Source: Acidimicrobiales bacterium (GTDB taxonomy: Bacteria > Actinomycetota > Acidimicrobiia > Acidimicrobiales > JBBRAZ01). From it: 64,000 nucleotides of DNA. A model generated the notes under the pieces. It worked only from the letters and a program-made list of their open reading frames with translations, was not told the origin of the DNA and made no database searches. Location: positions 50,447-114,446 of the forward strand of contig JBBRAZ010000005.1 of the NCBI GenBank assembly GCA_038206295.1, in the 5' to 3' direction. Positions 27,573 to 40,197 of the stretch are shown here, in pieces (the stretch's first letter is position 1; each line of letters opens with the position of its first letter). The position numbers and the translations under genes were made by a program.

Positions 27573-28415
27573 ATGCCCATCAACCCCGATGCCGTCGGCA
27601 CCAAGGGTGAGCCCGCCACCACCACCTGGACGTCGAAGGACTGCCTGCTCTACGCGCTCGGCGTCGGGGCCGGCACCGAGGAGCTGGCGTTCACCACCGA
27701 GAACTCCAACGGCATCGAGCAGCGTGCGCTGCCCACGCAGGCGGTCGTGCTCGCTGGGGGGATCATGAGCGCGATGCGCACCATCGGCTCGTTCAACCCG
27801 GCGATGCTCGTGCACGGCGAGCAGGGGATCGTGCTGCACCGCGAGATCCCCGTCGAGGGCACGGCGGTGTCGGTCGCCCAGATCACCGGCATCTTCGACA
27901 AGGGCAAGGGTGCGGTGGTCGAGCTCGAGATCGAGACGACGCTGGAGGGCACGGGCGAGCCGCTGTTCCAGAACCGCTTCGCCGCGTTCCTGCGCGGCGA
28001 GGGCGGCTGGGGCGGCGACCGGGGGCCATCGGGCGCACGCAACGAGGCGCCGGAGCGCGCCCCGGACCACCAGGTCACCTACCAGACGCGCATCGACCAG
28101 GCGCTGCTCTACCGCCTGTCGGGCGACCGCAACCCGCTGCACTCCGACCCGGAGTTCGCCAAGATGGCCGGCTTCGACCGGCCCATCCTCCACGGCCTGT
28201 GCACCTACGGCTTCACCGGCCGCGCACTGCTGCACGCCCTGTGCGACAGCGACCCGGCGCGCTTCGGCGGCATGGAGGGGCGCTTCAGCTCCCCGGTGAT
28301 GCCGGGCGAGTCGCTCACCGTGTCGATGTGGGACGACGGCGACGGCGCCATCTTCCAGACCACCGGCGAGGACGGGCGCGTGGTGCTCGACAACGGTCGG
28401 TGCACGGTCCGCTGA
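27573..28415 (+). CDS. MaoC-like (R)-specific enoyl-CoA hydratase/dehydratase (double hotdog)
   Basis: YALGVGAG...LYRLSGDRNPLHSDPEFAKMAGFDRPILHGLCTYG is the MaoC dehydratase signature. It follows the MFE-2-type SDR. Confidence 0.88.
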   Translation: MPINPDAVGTKGEPATTTWTSKDCLLYALGVGAGTEELAFTTENSNGIEQRALPTQAVVLAGGIMSAMRTIGSFNPAMLVHGEQGIVLHREIPVEGTAVSVAQITGIFDKGKGAVVELEIETTLEGTGEPLFQNRFAAFLRGEGGWGGDRGPSGARNEAPERAPDHQVTYQTRIDQALLYRLSGDRNPLHSDPEFAKMAGFDRPILHGLCTYGFTGRALLHALCDSDPARFGGMEGRFSSPVMPGESLTVSMWDDGDGAIFQTTGEDGRVVLDNGRCTVR

Positions 28416-28439
28416 CCTGCGAGCGCCCCGCTGCGCTCC

Positions 28440-30476
28440 TCAGCTGATGGGCCCACCCACCAGCACCCGTCGGCCCCCGTCGCCACGCTCGACGGCGTAG
28501 ATCGCCAGCTCGTTGCGACCATCCACCAGCAGCGAGGGCGGCAGCACCGCGACCGCGCGCCGTCCGTCGCCCCCGGAGCGTGCCAGCGGCGTGGCGGCGA
28601 CCGTGCCGTTGAGCGCGATCGCGAGCTCGGTCGGCTCGCCCGGGGGCAGCGTGATCTCCATCCACGTCGGCGGCGAGGGCCCCGTCGCGTCGACGGCGTC
28701 GAAGCGCTCGATGCCGTCGACGGTCGGGTCGAGCTCGCTGGGACGGATGCGAAGCTCGGCGACGGCGCTCCCGATCAGGTCGCCGTTCGGGCCCTGCCGG
28801 TAGACGTCGAGCGGAAGGGGCCCGGGGTTGCGTGCCGCGCTGTCCAGCAGCGCAGCGAACCAGCGATCGCCGTCGATGGTGGTGAACCGGGCATCGGCTG
28901 CGAGCTCGGTGTTCGAGCCCACCCACACCCGGCGGTCGCCGTCGCGCTCAGGGGGACGGCTCGGGTCGAGCGCGACGCCGAGGACTCCGGGGCGAGGTGG
29001 CATGTTCGCCTCGGCCAGAACGGTCGGCAGCACGTCGAGCGACGTCACCGGCGCGTCCACGATGCTTCCAGCGCGCTGCCCGGGGAGCTTCACCAGCAGC
29101 GGTGCCCAGTAGATCTCGTGGAGGGTGTCGGGGCCGCTCGCGCGCAGCGACGCGCCTCCTCGGAAGGCGACGCCGTGATCAGCGGTCACGACCACGAGCG
29201 ACTCGTCGAGCACGCCGAGGTCCTCGAGGCGCTCCAGGATCCGGCCGAGCTGCGCGTCGGCCCACTGCAGCTGGAGCAGGTGGCGGACGCGGTTCGCCTC
29301 CGCTGCTCGATCGTCGGACCACCCGCCGAGGAACGAGGCCTCGAGCTCCCTGCCGCCGTGCTCGCGGCCGTCGGGCAGGAACCGCCACGGTTGGTGCGGG
29401 GCGAGCGCGTGGATGTAGTCGAGACGCGGCCGTTCGCTGCGGCCGAGACCGTCGATGAACGAGTCCAGCGCCTGCGGCGCGGCGAGCACCAGCTCCTCGT
29501 CGCCGACGAACACCGCGCCGGGATCGTTGCCCGCAACGGTCGACGTCGCGGACTCCGCGCCGGGGACGACGCGCTCGGCGAGCAGGCGCCAGGCATCGTG
29601 CACGAGGCCGGCGAGGCCCGAGCCGCCGGCGTTCGGCGCGTTGCACCCCAGCTCCGGTGCGCAGAGCCACTCCGGCTCGATCACGTGGAGCTCGTAGGTC
29701 GGCGCGAGCAGCGAGAAGAGGTTCACCGGATGGTGGGCTGCTGCGGGCAGCTTGCGGAACTCGGGCTCCGTCGACGTCACGATCGCCGGGAGCGAGTAGG
29801 CGGTGCCGGGCGCGATGACGGTGTGGTTGCGGTACCAGGTGGCGGTGCCCGCGAGGCTGGCGAAGGCCGGGTAGCGCGCGCCGCTGATCGTCCCCGAGCG
29901 ATCCATCAGCGACAGCGTCGGCAGCTCGTCCAAGACGATGAACACGATCGGCGGGTGCTCGCCGGGCACCGACTGCGCGCTCGGGGCCGCGCCGCCACCC
30001 CCGAACGGGACGTCCGCGACGGGTGACACCAGGAGGAACCAGGCAGCGAGCCCCGGTACGAGGACGCTGAGCGAGCTGAGGATGGAGCGCGTGGCAGGTC
30101 GATGCGCGCTGAGGCCCACCGCCGCGGCGGCACCGACGGCGAGCGCGACTGCGAGGAGCCTCGTGAGATCTGCCTCGGCTGCGAGCTGCATGGCCCAGAG
30201 GAGCGCTGCGGCAGCGAGGAGGATCCCGTGCAGCGGCACGACAGCGCGACGTTGCAGCCTTCGCGCCAGCTCCTCGATGCCCCACGCGATCAGCGGCGGG
30301 GCGAGGAGGAGGATCGCGGTGAACGCGGCGATCTCCACCGGCGTGGTGCGGCGCAGCACGAACGTGCCCGGATCGTCGGCGAGGTCTGCGAGCACCGGCT
30401 GAGCGATCGCCAGCGCGCTCACGCCGGCGAGCTCGAGGAGTCGTCGGGTCGGGTCGGGGATCGTGATGCGGCGCAC
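28440..30476 (-). CDS. Membrane-anchored sulfatase-like hydrolase/transferase (alkaline-phosphatase superfamily, LtaS/EptA-like architecture)
   Basis: About 5 N-terminal TM helices, then IVFIVLDELPTLSL and VVVTADHGVAF metal-site motifs. The start is set at the GVG-type GTG 30476, just after the nucS stop, and is uncertain. The longer track ORF overlaps nucS. Confidence 0.72.
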   Translation of the reverse strand: MRRITIPDPTRRLLELAGVSALAIAQPVLADLADDPGTFVLRRTTPVEIAAFTAILLLAPPLIAWGIEELARRLQRRAVVPLHGILLAAAALLWAMQLAAEADLTRLLAVALAVGAAAAVGLSAHRPATRSILSSLSVLVPGLAAWFLLVSPVADVPFGGGGAAPSAQSVPGEHPPIVFIVLDELPTLSLMDRSGTISGARYPAFASLAGTATWYRNHTVIAPGTAYSLPAIVTSTEPEFRKLPAAAHHPVNLFSLLAPTYELHVIEPEWLCAPELGCNAPNAGGSGLAGLVHDAWRLLAERVVPGAESATSTVAGNDPGAVFVGDEELVLAAPQALDSFIDGLGRSERPRLDYIHALAPHQPWRFLPDGREHGGRELEASFLGGWSDDRAAEANRVRHLLQLQWADAQLGRILERLEDLGVLDESLVVVTADHGVAFRGGASLRASGPDTLHEIYWAPLLVKLPGQRAGSIVDAPVTSLDVLPTVLAEANMPPRPGVLGVALDPSRPPERDGDRRVWVGSNTELAADARFTTIDGDRWFAALLDSAARNPGPLPLDVYRQGPNGDLIGSAVAELRIRPSELDPTVDGIERFDAVDATGPSPPTWMEITLPPGEPTELAIALNGTVAATPLARSGGDGRRAVAVLPPSLLVDGRNELAIYAVERGDGGRRVLVGGPIS

Positions 30477-30487
30477 GTCGATGGTCG

Positions 30488-31162
30488 TCAGAAGAGCCGG
30501 AGCTCGTCGGACTCGATGCCGCGCAGCTCGTCGTAGTCGACCTCGAGCCACGCGATGCCGCGATCGGTCGCCAGCACGCGGGCCTGCGGCTTGATCACCT
30601 GCGCCACGAAGACGCCGCGCACCGGGCGCAGCATCGGGTCGCGGTTGAGGAACTCGAGGTAGCGCGTGAGCTGCTCGACGCCGTCGATCTCGCCGCGCCG
30701 CTTGATCTCGATCGCCACCGCCGCGCCGCTGGCGTCGCGACACAGGAGATCGACGGGCCCGACGTCGGTGGGGTACTCCCGACGCACGAGGCGCAGCCCG
30801 TCGTCGATCGCGGCGGGGTTGGCGGCGAGCAGCTCCTGGAGGTGGGCCTCGACGCCGTCCTTGCGCAGCCCCGGGTCGGCGCCGAGCTCGTGGTCGACCT
30901 CGGCGAGGACCTCGGTGACCGTGATGGTGAGCTGCTCGCCCTTGGGGTTGCGCACCACGATCTGGCGGTGGCCGTCGTCGTTCGTCCCCTCGACCACGAC
31001 GTTGGGGGCGTTCATCCAGTTGAGCGGCTTGTACGCCCCGCCATCTGCGTGGATCGCCACGCAGCCGTCGGCCTTGAACATGATGAGCCGCGGCGCCAAC
31101 GGGAGGTGGGCGGTGAGCCTCCCGGCGTAGTCGACCTGGCAGCGCGCGACGAGCAACCGCAT
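30488..31162 (-). CDS. nucS: Endonuclease NucS (EndoMS), non-canonical mismatch repair
   Basis: [21 protein letters not shown]...[22 protein letters not shown]...VDLLCRD...[23 protein letters not shown] is the canonical NucS sequence. 224 aa. Confidence 0.93.
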   Translation of the reverse strand: MRLLVARCQVDYAGRLTAHLPLAPRLIMFKADGCVAIHADGGAYKPLNWMNAPNVVVEGTNDDGHRQIVVRNPKGEQLTITVTEVLAEVDHELGADPGLRKDGVEAHLQELLAANPAAIDDGLRLVRREYPTDVGPVDLLCRDASGAAVAIEIKRRGEIDGVEQLTRYLEFLNRDPMLRPVRGVFVAQVIKPQARVLATDRGIAWLEVDYDELRGIESDELRLF

Positions 31163-31191
31163 GACGCCGCGACGGTACTCGTTCGTCGCGC

Positions 31192-32847
31192 TCAGCCCTT
31201 GCGGCGTCGCCGACCCTTGGGCTGGTGCGACAGGCGCTCGCGGATCAGCGCGCGGCGCTCCTGGAGTTCCTTGTAGGTCAGCGACTCGACGCCCGCGTCC
31301 ACGCCGAAGCTCCCCTTGATGCCGGTCATGTCGACCTCGTAGGCCGACGGGTCGACCCCGATCTGCGCCGCGATGCGCTCGCCGTGTGCTTCGGCGAAGT
31401 ACATCGACAGGTGCTCGATCTCCTTGAAGAGGTCGAGCTCTGGGGCGAGCGTGGCGATGGCGCCGTCGAGGAACACCATGTTCTTCACGAAGAGCATGAG
31501 CTCCTTCGGGAAGCGCGCGCCGTAGCCCAGCAGGGCCTTCACGATGCGCTGGATCTCCGCGACGAGCACGTCGGGGTCCATCGTGGTCGGGTCGACCGGT
31601 GGCTGGTCGAGGCCGAGGTCCACGGTGATGGCGTCGAGGTCGGCGTCCGCCGGCAGCGCGCCGAGGTCGCGCAGCGCCTCGAGCTGGATGCGCACATCGT
31701 TCATCGTCCCGCCGATGAGCAGCCGCAGGAAGGCGAGGCGCTTCACCTCGTCCATCCGGCCGGTGATGCCGAAGTCGAGCAGGCCCGTGCGTCCGTCGGG
31801 CAGGACCATGAGGTTCCCGCCGTGCAGGTCGCCGTGGAAGATGCCCTGGAGCATCGCGCCCTCGAGGAAGCCGATCATGCCGGCACGCACCACCGCGGTG
31901 GTGTCGACGCCCGCGGCCTGCATGCCGACGACGTCGTCGAACGCGAACCCGTCGAGGCGCTCCATCACCAGCACCCGGCGAGTCACGAGCGAGGGGTGCG
32001 GACGGGGGATGACGTACGAGCGCTGGCCGAGATCCGCGAAGGAGCGCGCCACGTCGAGCATGTTCTCGGCCTCCATCCGGAAGTCGAGCTCCTCCACGAT
32101 CGTCTCCGCGAACAGCTCCACGAGCGCCGGCGGGTTGGCGAGCGCGCTGATCGGGATGCGGCCGACGAGGAACGGCGCCAACCACGCCATGACCTCGAGG
32201 TCGGCGGTGACGTGGCGCTCGACCGATGGGCGCTGCACCTTGACCACGACCCGCTCGCCGGTGCGCAGCGTCGCACCGTGCACCTGGGCGATCGATGCTG
32301 CTGCGATCGGCGACGGATCGAACGAGGAGAACAGCACCTCCAGCGGCGCGCCGAGGTCCTCCTCCACGACGCGCCGCACCACCGCGAACGGCTCGGGCGG
32401 CACGCGGTCGCGGCACATCTTGAACTCGCTGACGAGCTCCTCGGGGAAGATCCCCTCACCCGAGGAGATGATCTGGGCGAGCTTGATGTAGGTCGGCCCG
32501 AGGTGCTCGGCCGCGATGCGCAGGCGGCGCGACACGCCGGCCTTCGACGTCGAGCCGCCCTTGGGTCGCTCGACTGCGGCCCAGAGCGCCAGCGCGGTGC
32601 CGAAGCGGCTCGTCACGTGGACCATGCGGCGGAGGTGCGGGACCCGGTGGGGGCGGATCAGCTCCGGCACCAGACGACGCGAGCGCCACCGCAGCGCCTC
32701 GACGTGCTGGCCCCACGGCTGCTGCCCTGGTGCGATCAGCCACGGCGGCTCGTCGCTGAAGGAGCCGAGCACCAGGTCGGCGGGCGCACCAACGGTGACC
32801 TCTGTCGTCGCATCCCCCACCCGAAGATCCTCCCACGCCCCACCCAC
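31192..32847 (-). CDS. ABC1/UbiB (AarF) atypical kinase family protein
   Basis: [40 protein letters not shown] and [12 protein letters not shown]...LLDFGITG are ABC1 kinase motifs. Confidence 0.88.
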   Translation of the reverse strand: MGGAWEDLRVGDATTEVTVGAPADLVLGSFSDEPPWLIAPGQQPWGQHVEALRWRSRRLVPELIRPHRVPHLRRMVHVTSRFGTALALWAAVERPKGGSTSKAGVSRRLRIAAEHLGPTYIKLAQIISSGEGIFPEELVSEFKMCRDRVPPEPFAVVRRVVEEDLGAPLEVLFSSFDPSPIAAASIAQVHGATLRTGERVVVKVQRPSVERHVTADLEVMAWLAPFLVGRIPISALANPPALVELFAETIVEELDFRMEAENMLDVARSFADLGQRSYVIPRPHPSLVTRRVLVMERLDGFAFDDVVGMQAAGVDTTAVVRAGMIGFLEGAMLQGIFHGDLHGGNLMVLPDGRTGLLDFGITGRMDEVKRLAFLRLLIGGTMNDVRIQLEALRDLGALPADADLDAITVDLGLDQPPVDPTTMDPDVLVAEIQRIVKALLGYGARFPKELMLFVKNMVFLDGAIATLAPELDLFKEIEHLSMYFAEAHGERIAAQIGVDPSAYEVDMTGIKGSFGVDAGVESLTYKELQERRALIRERLSHQPKGRRRRKG

Positions 32848-32938
32848 GTCGCTGAAATTGCGGCGCTGGGTGCTGCGAAGCAGCCATTCAGGGGGTCAGA
32901 TCGAGAGGGCTCGCGCGGAGGGTGAGACGGTGTCGCGC

Positions 32939-33760
32939 TCAGTAGCGCGGCGGACGCTTCTCGCGCAGCGCGCGCACGCCCTCGGCGAACGGGGGCTCGG
33001 CCATCATCGACTCGAGCCGGTCGGTGGCATCGGTGATCGATCCTCCGAGGCTGCCGGGGCCGCCGAGGAGGTCGCCGTACACCTGGCGCTTGGTGGCAGC
33101 GAGCGAGCCGGGAGAGATCTCGTGGGCGAGGACCCGCGCGTACTCGTAGGTGGTGGGGAGCAGGTCGTCGGCGGCCACGACGCGGTTGACGAGTCCGAGC
33201 GAGAGCGCCTCCTCGGCGAGCACCACGCGGCTCGACAGCAGCAGGTCCATCGCCGGACCCAGGCCGATCAGGCGCGGCAGCAGCCACGAGAGCCCGTACT
33301 CCGCTGGAAGGTGCAGGCGCCCGTGCGCGGTCGTCAGCTTCACCCCGGCAGCAGCGAACCGGAGGTCGCAGTAGCAGGCGAGCACCAGGCCGACGCCCGC
33401 GGCGGGCCCGTTGAGCGCCGCGAGCACCGGTGTCTCGAGGCCGAGGTGGAACGCGAAGTCGTGGTCGAAGTCCCCACGCACCCCGTAGCCGGGCATCGGG
33501 GGCTCGCTCGGCAGCCCAGCGTCGTAGCCGCCGCGCGCCACGTGGCCTTCGAGCGCAGCGGCATCGGCGCCAGCGCAGAAGCCGCGGCCGGCGCCGGTCA
33601 CCACGATGACGCGGACCTCCTGGTCGCCCTCGGCCTGCTCGATCGCCCACCGGTACTCGTGGTGCATCCGTCCGGTCCAGGCGTTGAGCCGATCGGGCCG
33701 GTCGAGCGTGATGGTCGCGACCCGCTCCGCGACCTCGTACCGGATCGCCTTGAGCTCCAC
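32939..33760 (-). CDS. Enoyl-CoA hydratase/isomerase (crotonase) family protein
   Basis: ATITLDRPDRLNAW...VIVVTGAGRGFCAGADAAAL oxyanion-hole motif. GTG start 3 nt after the cysQ stop. Confidence 0.88.
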   Translation of the reverse strand: MELKAIRYEVAERVATITLDRPDRLNAWTGRMHHEYRWAIEQAEGDQEVRVIVVTGAGRGFCAGADAAALEGHVARGGYDAGLPSEPPMPGYGVRGDFDHDFAFHLGLETPVLAALNGPAAGVGLVLACYCDLRFAAAGVKLTTAHGRLHLPAEYGLSWLLPRLIGLGPAMDLLLSSRVVLAEEALSLGLVNRVVAADDLLPTTYEYARVLAHEISPGSLAATKRQVYGDLLGGPGSLGGSITDATDRLESMMAEPPFAEGVRALREKRPPRY

Positions 33761-33763
33761 AGC

Positions 33764-34534
33764 TCAGCCCTCGAACGCGGCGAGCGCCTCGAGCGCGGCC
33801 GAAGCCAGCTCCGGCCGGCAGATGAGCAGGTCCGGCAGGTAGGGGTCGGTGTGGTTGTAGGTGAGCGGCGAGCCGTCGATCCTGCTGGCGTGCAGCCCGG
33901 CGGCGAGCGCGACGGCCACCGGCGCGCACGAGTCCCACTCGTACTGGCCCCCGCTGTGCGCATAGACATCCGCCTCACCTCGCAGGACCGCCATCGCCTT
34001 GGCGCCGGCGGAGCCCATCTCGACCAGCTCGCCGCCCAGGCGCTCGGCGAGGAACGTGGCCGCCGCCGGCGGCCGGGACCTGCTCACGATCACGCGGGGC
34101 GGGCCGTCGACCGGGGCAGCGAGCGTCGCCGGCGGGTCGGTGCCCAGCACGAGGTCGAGCGCCGGCAGGGCCACGGCGCCGGCGACGGGGACGCCGTCGA
34201 GGCACAGCGCCACGTGCACCGCCCAGTCGCTGCGGGGCGCCTCGGAGAACTCGCGGGTGCCGTCGAGGGGATCGACGATCCACACCCGGCGGGCATCGAG
34301 GCGAGCCAGGTCGTCGCTGCCCTCCTCGGAGAGGACGGCGTCGCCCGGTACGGCATCCGCCAGCGCCGCCATGAGGAGCTCGTGGGCCCGGGCGTCGCCC
34401 TGCGCCTTGAGCTCGGCGCCCTCCGCGCCTTCGCCGGCCAGGCGGGCCCGCAGCTCGATCAGCAGGGCGCCGGCGCGCCCGGCGAGCTCGGCGGCCAGGC
34501 GGTGGTCCTCGGGTCGGGTGGCGTCGTCGGTCAT
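33764..34534 (-). CDS. cysQ: 3'(2'),5'-bisphosphate nucleotidase CysQ (inositol monophosphatase fold)
   Basis: LSEEG...WIVDPLDGTREF...WDSCAPVAVALAAG IMPase/CysQ motifs. Divergent from cysD. ATG at 34534. Confidence 0.85.
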   Translation of the reverse strand: MTDDATRPEDHRLAAELAGRAGALLIELRARLAGEGAEGAELKAQGDARAHELLMAALADAVPGDAVLSEEGSDDLARLDARRVWIVDPLDGTREFSEAPRSDWAVHVALCLDGVPVAGAVALPALDLVLGTDPPATLAAPVDGPPRVIVSRSRPPAAATFLAERLGGELVEMGSAGAKAMAVLRGEADVYAHSGGQYEWDSCAPVAVALAAGLHASRIDGSPLTYNHTDPYLPDLLICRPELASAALEALAAFEG

Positions 34535-34591
34535 GGGCGGGCACCGTAGCGCCCGGGTATGCGAGAATCGCCGTTCGCCCAAGGAGGCACC

Positions 34592-35518
34592 ATGGCGGAT
34601 CAGGCGCTGCTGGACGAGCTCCACCTCACGCACCTCAAGCAGCTCGAGGCGGAGAGCATCCACATCATCCGGGAGGTGGTCGCTCAGTTCGAGCGGCCCG
34701 TGATGATGTACAGCATCGGCAAGGACAGCTCGGTCATGCTGCACCTGGCGCGCAAGGCCTTCCACCCCGGCAAGATCCCGTTCCCGCTGCTGCACATCGA
34801 CACGACGTGGAAGTTCCGCGACATGATCGCCTTCCGGGACCAGACGGCGAAGGATCTCGGCATCGAGCTGTTGGTGCACTCCAACCCCGAGGGCCTCTCG
34901 CAGGGCATCAACCCGTTCGACCACGGGTCGAAGAACTACACCGACATCATGAAGACGCAGGCGCTCAAGCAGGCGCTGTCTGATCACGGCTTCGACGCCG
35001 CGTTCGGCGGGGCGCGGCGCGACGAGGAGAAGAGCCGGGCCAAGGAGCGCGTGTTCTCGTTCCGCGACCGCAACCACCGGTGGGATCCGAAGAACCAGCG
35101 CCCCGAGCTGTGGAGCATCTACAACGGCCGCGTGAGCCCTGGGGAGAGCATCCGGGTGTTCCCGATCAGCAACTGGACCGAGCTCGACGTCTGGCAGTAC
35201 ATCTACCTCGAGGACATCCCGATCGTGCCGCTGTACTACGCGGCGCCCCGCCCGGTGGTCGATCGCGACGGCGTGCTGATCATGGTCGACGACGACCGCT
35301 TCCGCTTCGAGCAGGACGAGGTCGCCCAGCAGCGGTGGATCCGGTTCCGCACCCTGGGCTGCTACCCGCTGTCGGGTGCGGTCGAGTCCGAGGCTGCGAC
35401 GCTTCCCGACATCATCCAGGAGATGCTGCTCGCCACCCGATCGGAGCGAGAGGGTCGTGTCATCGACTACGACCAGTCCGGGTCGATGGAGGAGAAGAAG
35501 CGAGAGGGCTACTTCTGA
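34592..35518 (+). CDS. cysD: Sulfate adenylyltransferase subunit 2
   Basis: [15 protein letters not shown]...[20 protein letters not shown]...[10 protein letters not shown]...[15 protein letters not shown] is canonical CysD. AAGGAGG precedes the ATG. Confidence 0.95.
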   Translation: MADQALLDELHLTHLKQLEAESIHIIREVVAQFERPVMMYSIGKDSSVMLHLARKAFHPGKIPFPLLHIDTTWKFRDMIAFRDQTAKDLGIELLVHSNPEGLSQGINPFDHGSKNYTDIMKTQALKQALSDHGFDAAFGGARRDEEKSRAKERVFSFRDRNHRWDPKNQRPELWSIYNGRVSPGESIRVFPISNWTELDVWQYIYLEDIPIVPLYYAAPRPVVDRDGVLIMVDDDRFRFEQDEVAQQRWIRFRTLGCYPLSGAVESEAATLPDIIQEMLLATRSEREGRVIDYDQSGSMEEKKREGYF

Positions 35519-37461
35519 TGTCGCACAAGTCCGACCTCATCGCCACCGACATCCTCGCCTACCTGCAGGAGCACGAGAACAAGGACCTGCTGCGGTTCCT
35601 CACGTGCGGCAGCGTCGATGACGGCAAGTCCACGCTCATCGGTCGCCTGCTGCACGACTCGCACATGATCTACGAGGACCAGCTCGCCGCGCTCGAGTCA
35701 GACTCGGCCAGCATCGGCTCCGCGGGCGAGGAGCTCGACCTGGCGCTGCTCATGGACGGCCTCAAGGCCGAGCGCGAGCAGGGCATCACGATCGACGTCG
35801 CGTACCGCTACTTCTCCACCGCTCGGCGGAAGTTCATCATCGCCGACACGCCGGGCCACGAGCAGTACACGCGCAACATGGTCACCGGCGCATCCACGTG
35901 CCAGCTGGCGATCATCCTCGTGGATGCACGCCACGGCATCCTCGAGCAGACCAAGCGGCACAGCTACCTCGCCGCGCTGCTCGGCATCCGCCACATCGTC
36001 GTGGCCATGAACAAGATGGACCTCGTCGACTGGTCGCAGGCGCGCTACGACGAGCTCTGCGCGCAGTACCGCACGACGGTCGCCGAGCGCGTCGGCATCA
36101 AGGACCCGGTCTTCATCCCGATGTCCGCGCTCAAGGGCGACTGGGTCGTTGAGCCGAGCGAGAACCTGGACTGGTACGACGGCCCGGCGCTGCTCGAGCA
36201 CCTCGAGACGGTCAACGTGGATGAGGACGCCGACCTGGAGCACCTGCGCATGCCGGTGCAGCTCGTCGTGCGTCCCGACCTCGACTTCCGGGGGTTCGCC
36301 GGCACCATCTCCGGCGGCGTGCTGCGACCCGGCGACGAGATCGAGGTGCTGCCCAGCGGTGTGCGCTCTCGCGTCGAGCGCATCGTGACCTACGACGGCG
36401 ACCTCCCCGTCGCCGGGCCCGGTCGGGCCGTCACCGTCACCCTCGCCGATGAGGTCGACATCAGCCGCGGCGATCTCCTCGTGCACCCCGGCCGACCGGC
36501 ACAGCGCGCGTACGAGGTCGACGCCACGGTGGTGTGGATGGCCGAGGAGCCGATGGTGCCCGGCAAGCAGTACCTGCTGCAGCAGGCCAACCGCCGCAGC
36601 AACGCCCACGTGCAGACGGTCCACCACCGCATCGACATCAACTCCCTCGACAACGTCGTCGCGCCGACCCTCGAGCTCAACGAGATCGGCCGCTGCACGG
36701 TCGTGGCCGACGAGCCGCTGCTGTTCGACCCCTACGCCGAGAACCGCGTGACCGGCGCGTTCATCCTCGTCGACCGCCTGTCGAACGCGACCGTCGGCGC
36801 TGGGATGATCGATGCCGAGGCCAGCGGCTGGGACGCTCGGCCAGACGCGCACCTCACGGGGCACAGCAGCTCCATCACCGCCGACGAGCGCGAAGCTCGC
36901 TACGGGCAGAAGCCGTGCACGGTGCTGCTCACCGGCCTCACCGGTGCAGGGAAGTCGACCATCGCGGTCGCCCTCGAGCGACGGCTCTTCGAGCGCGGCC
37001 GAGCGACGGTGCGACTCGACGGCGAGAACCTCCGCCTCGGCATCAGCCGCGATCTCGGCTTCGGCCACGCCGATCGCTCCGAGAACCTGCGGCGCAGCAC
37101 CGAGGTGGCGCGCCTGCTCAACGACCAGGGGCTCATCTGCCTCGCGGCGCTGGTGGCACCCGAGGCGCCGGTGCGCCAGCGTGCCCGCGAGCTCGTCGGC
37201 CCCGATCGCTTCGTCGAGGTGTTCCTCGACGCGCCGCTCGAGGTGTGCCGCGAGCGTGACACCAGCGGGCTGTACGAGGCCGCGGACCGCGGCGAGATCG
37301 AAGAGCTGCCCGGCGTCAGCGCACCGTACGACCCACCGAGCGGCGCGGACCTCGTGCTCGACACCGTCGCCAACGACGTGCCCGCGTGCGTCGAGGCGAT
37401 CGTGACGCTGCTCGTCGAGCGCGGCTTCCTGCTCGGGCGTCGAGCTGGCGGAGACGGGTGA
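35518..37461 (+). CDS. cysN: Sulfate adenylyltransferase subunit 1 (GTPase) fused to a divergent APS-kinase-like domain
   Basis: The ATG overlaps the cysD stop. GTPase motifs [14 protein letters not shown] and NKMD are present. The C-terminal ~190 aa are APS-kinase-like ([18 protein letters not shown]), with substitutions at several conserved positions. Confidence 0.92.
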   Translation: MSHKSDLIATDILAYLQEHENKDLLRFLTCGSVDDGKSTLIGRLLHDSHMIYEDQLAALESDSASIGSAGEELDLALLMDGLKAEREQGITIDVAYRYFSTARRKFIIADTPGHEQYTRNMVTGASTCQLAIILVDARHGILEQTKRHSYLAALLGIRHIVVAMNKMDLVDWSQARYDELCAQYRTTVAERVGIKDPVFIPMSALKGDWVVEPSENLDWYDGPALLEHLETVNVDEDADLEHLRMPVQLVVRPDLDFRGFAGTISGGVLRPGDEIEVLPSGVRSRVERIVTYDGDLPVAGPGRAVTVTLADEVDISRGDLLVHPGRPAQRAYEVDATVVWMAEEPMVPGKQYLLQQANRRSNAHVQTVHHRIDINSLDNVVAPTLELNEIGRCTVVADEPLLFDPYAENRVTGAFILVDRLSNATVGAGMIDAEASGWDARPDAHLTGHSSSITADEREARYGQKPCTVLLTGLTGAGKSTIAVALERRLFERGRATVRLDGENLRLGISRDLGFGHADRSENLRRSTEVARLLNDQGLICLAALVAPEAPVRQRARELVGPDRFVEVFLDAPLEVCRERDTSGLYEAADRGEIEELPGVSAPYDPPSGADLVLDTVANDVPACVEAIVTLLVERGFLLGRRAGGDG

Positions 37462-38078
37462 GCGAGCCCCGATCCGAGAACATCACCTGGAGCCACAGCC
37501 AGGTGACCGCCCGCCGACGGGCCGAGATCCTCGGACACGCGCCGGCGACGCTCTGGTTCACCGGGCTGTCGGGATCGGGCAAGAGCACCATCGCCATCGC
37601 GGTGGAGGCGGCGCTGGCCGACCGCGGCGTCGCTGCCTACGTGCTCGACGGCGACAACGTCCGCTTCGGCCTCAACCGCGACCTCGGGTTCTCGCCCGAG
37701 GACCGGGTCGAGAACATCCGCCGCATCGGTGAGGTGTGCCGCCTGTTCCACGACGCCGGCCTCGTCGTGCTCACCGCCTTCATCTCGCCGTACCACGCGG
37801 ATCGCGACCTCGTCCGCGCGCTGCACCCCGAGGGCGGGTTCCACGAGGTGTTCGTCGACACGCCGCTGGCGGTGTGCGAGGCGCGTGACGTGAAGGGCCT
37901 CTACGCCAAGGCCCGCGCCGGCGAGATCCCCGAGTTCTCCGGCGTCAGCGCACCGTACGAGCCGCCACCGAGCCCCGAGCTGCGCATCGACACCAGCGAC
38001 CGCAGCATCGAGGGGTGCGTGGACGAGGTCCTGGCGCACCTGCGGGCCGTCGGCGTGCTCGCAGCGCACACGTCGTAG
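37458..38078 (+). CDS. cysC: Adenylylsulfate (APS) kinase, canonical stand-alone copy
   Basis: GTG overlaps the cysNC stop (GTGA). Canonical motifs: [63 protein letters not shown]. Confidence 0.92.
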   Translation: MSEPRSENITWSHSQVTARRRAEILGHAPATLWFTGLSGSGKSTIAIAVEAALADRGVAAYVLDGDNVRFGLNRDLGFSPEDRVENIRRIGEVCRLFHDAGLVVLTAFISPYHADRDLVRALHPEGGFHEVFVDTPLAVCEARDVKGLYAKARAGEIPEFSGVSAPYEPPPSPELRIDTSDRSIEGCVDEVLAHLRAVGVLAAHTS

Positions 38079-38390
38079 CTAGACCGAGTCGCGCCCGAGG
38101 CGGATCGCCGCCTGCACCACGGCGCGCACCTGGTCCTCAGGCGCGCCGGCGTCGAGCAGCGCCCGGACCCTGCCCTCCAGGTCCACCGCCTGGGCCTCGT
38201 CCACCCGCGGCGGGCCGTCGCGCCGCGCGCTGACAGCGGTGACCGCGAGCAGCACCAGCACCGCGGTGCTGGTCACCAGCCCGATGGCGACGGTGGCGTC
38301 GTTCGCCTCCGCGATCTGGGTGGCGATCATCCCCGCGACGCCCAGCGCGCAGGTGGCGAGGACCAGGCGCCGCACGGCGCGGGCGCTCAC
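38079..38390 (-). CDS. Small two-TM membrane protein, hypothetical
   Basis: 103 aa with two hydrophobic helices and a soluble C-terminus. It starts 3 nt after the ettA stop, so it is probably co-transcribed. Its stop abuts the cysC stop. Confidence 0.55.
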   Translation of the reverse strand: MSARAVRRLVLATCALGVAGMIATQIAEANDATVAIGLVTSTAVLVLLAVTAVSARRDGPPRVDEAQAVDLEGRVRALLDAGAPEDQVRAVVQAAIRLGRDSV

Positions 38391-38393
38391 GGG

Positions 38394-40097
<1,704 letters not shown>

Positions 40098-40143
40098 GGC
40101 GCCAGAGGGTAGCGGTCGCTGCGCGCGCCTCGGCCCGGACGCG

Positions 40144-40182
40144 CACGACCCCCCGCACCGGCATCCGGTGCGGGGGGTCGTG
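40144..40182 (-). terminator. Perfect 18-bp-stem hairpin downstream of the NYN-domain gene
   Basis: cacgaccccccgcaccgg-cat-ccggtgcggggggtcgtg lies 16 nt after the stop at 40198 and upstream of ettA. No U-tract. Confidence 0.6.
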
Positions 40183-40197
40183 TCGAAGCCAGATGGG

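Noticed and set aside
28440-30743. Longer version of the sulfatase-like ORF, and the 24843..27095 version of the VanW ORF
   Set aside because: The N-terminal extensions overlap nucS and the divergent SDR gene respectively, and they lack protein-like composition. Starts were moved to the first plausible codon before the first TM helix.
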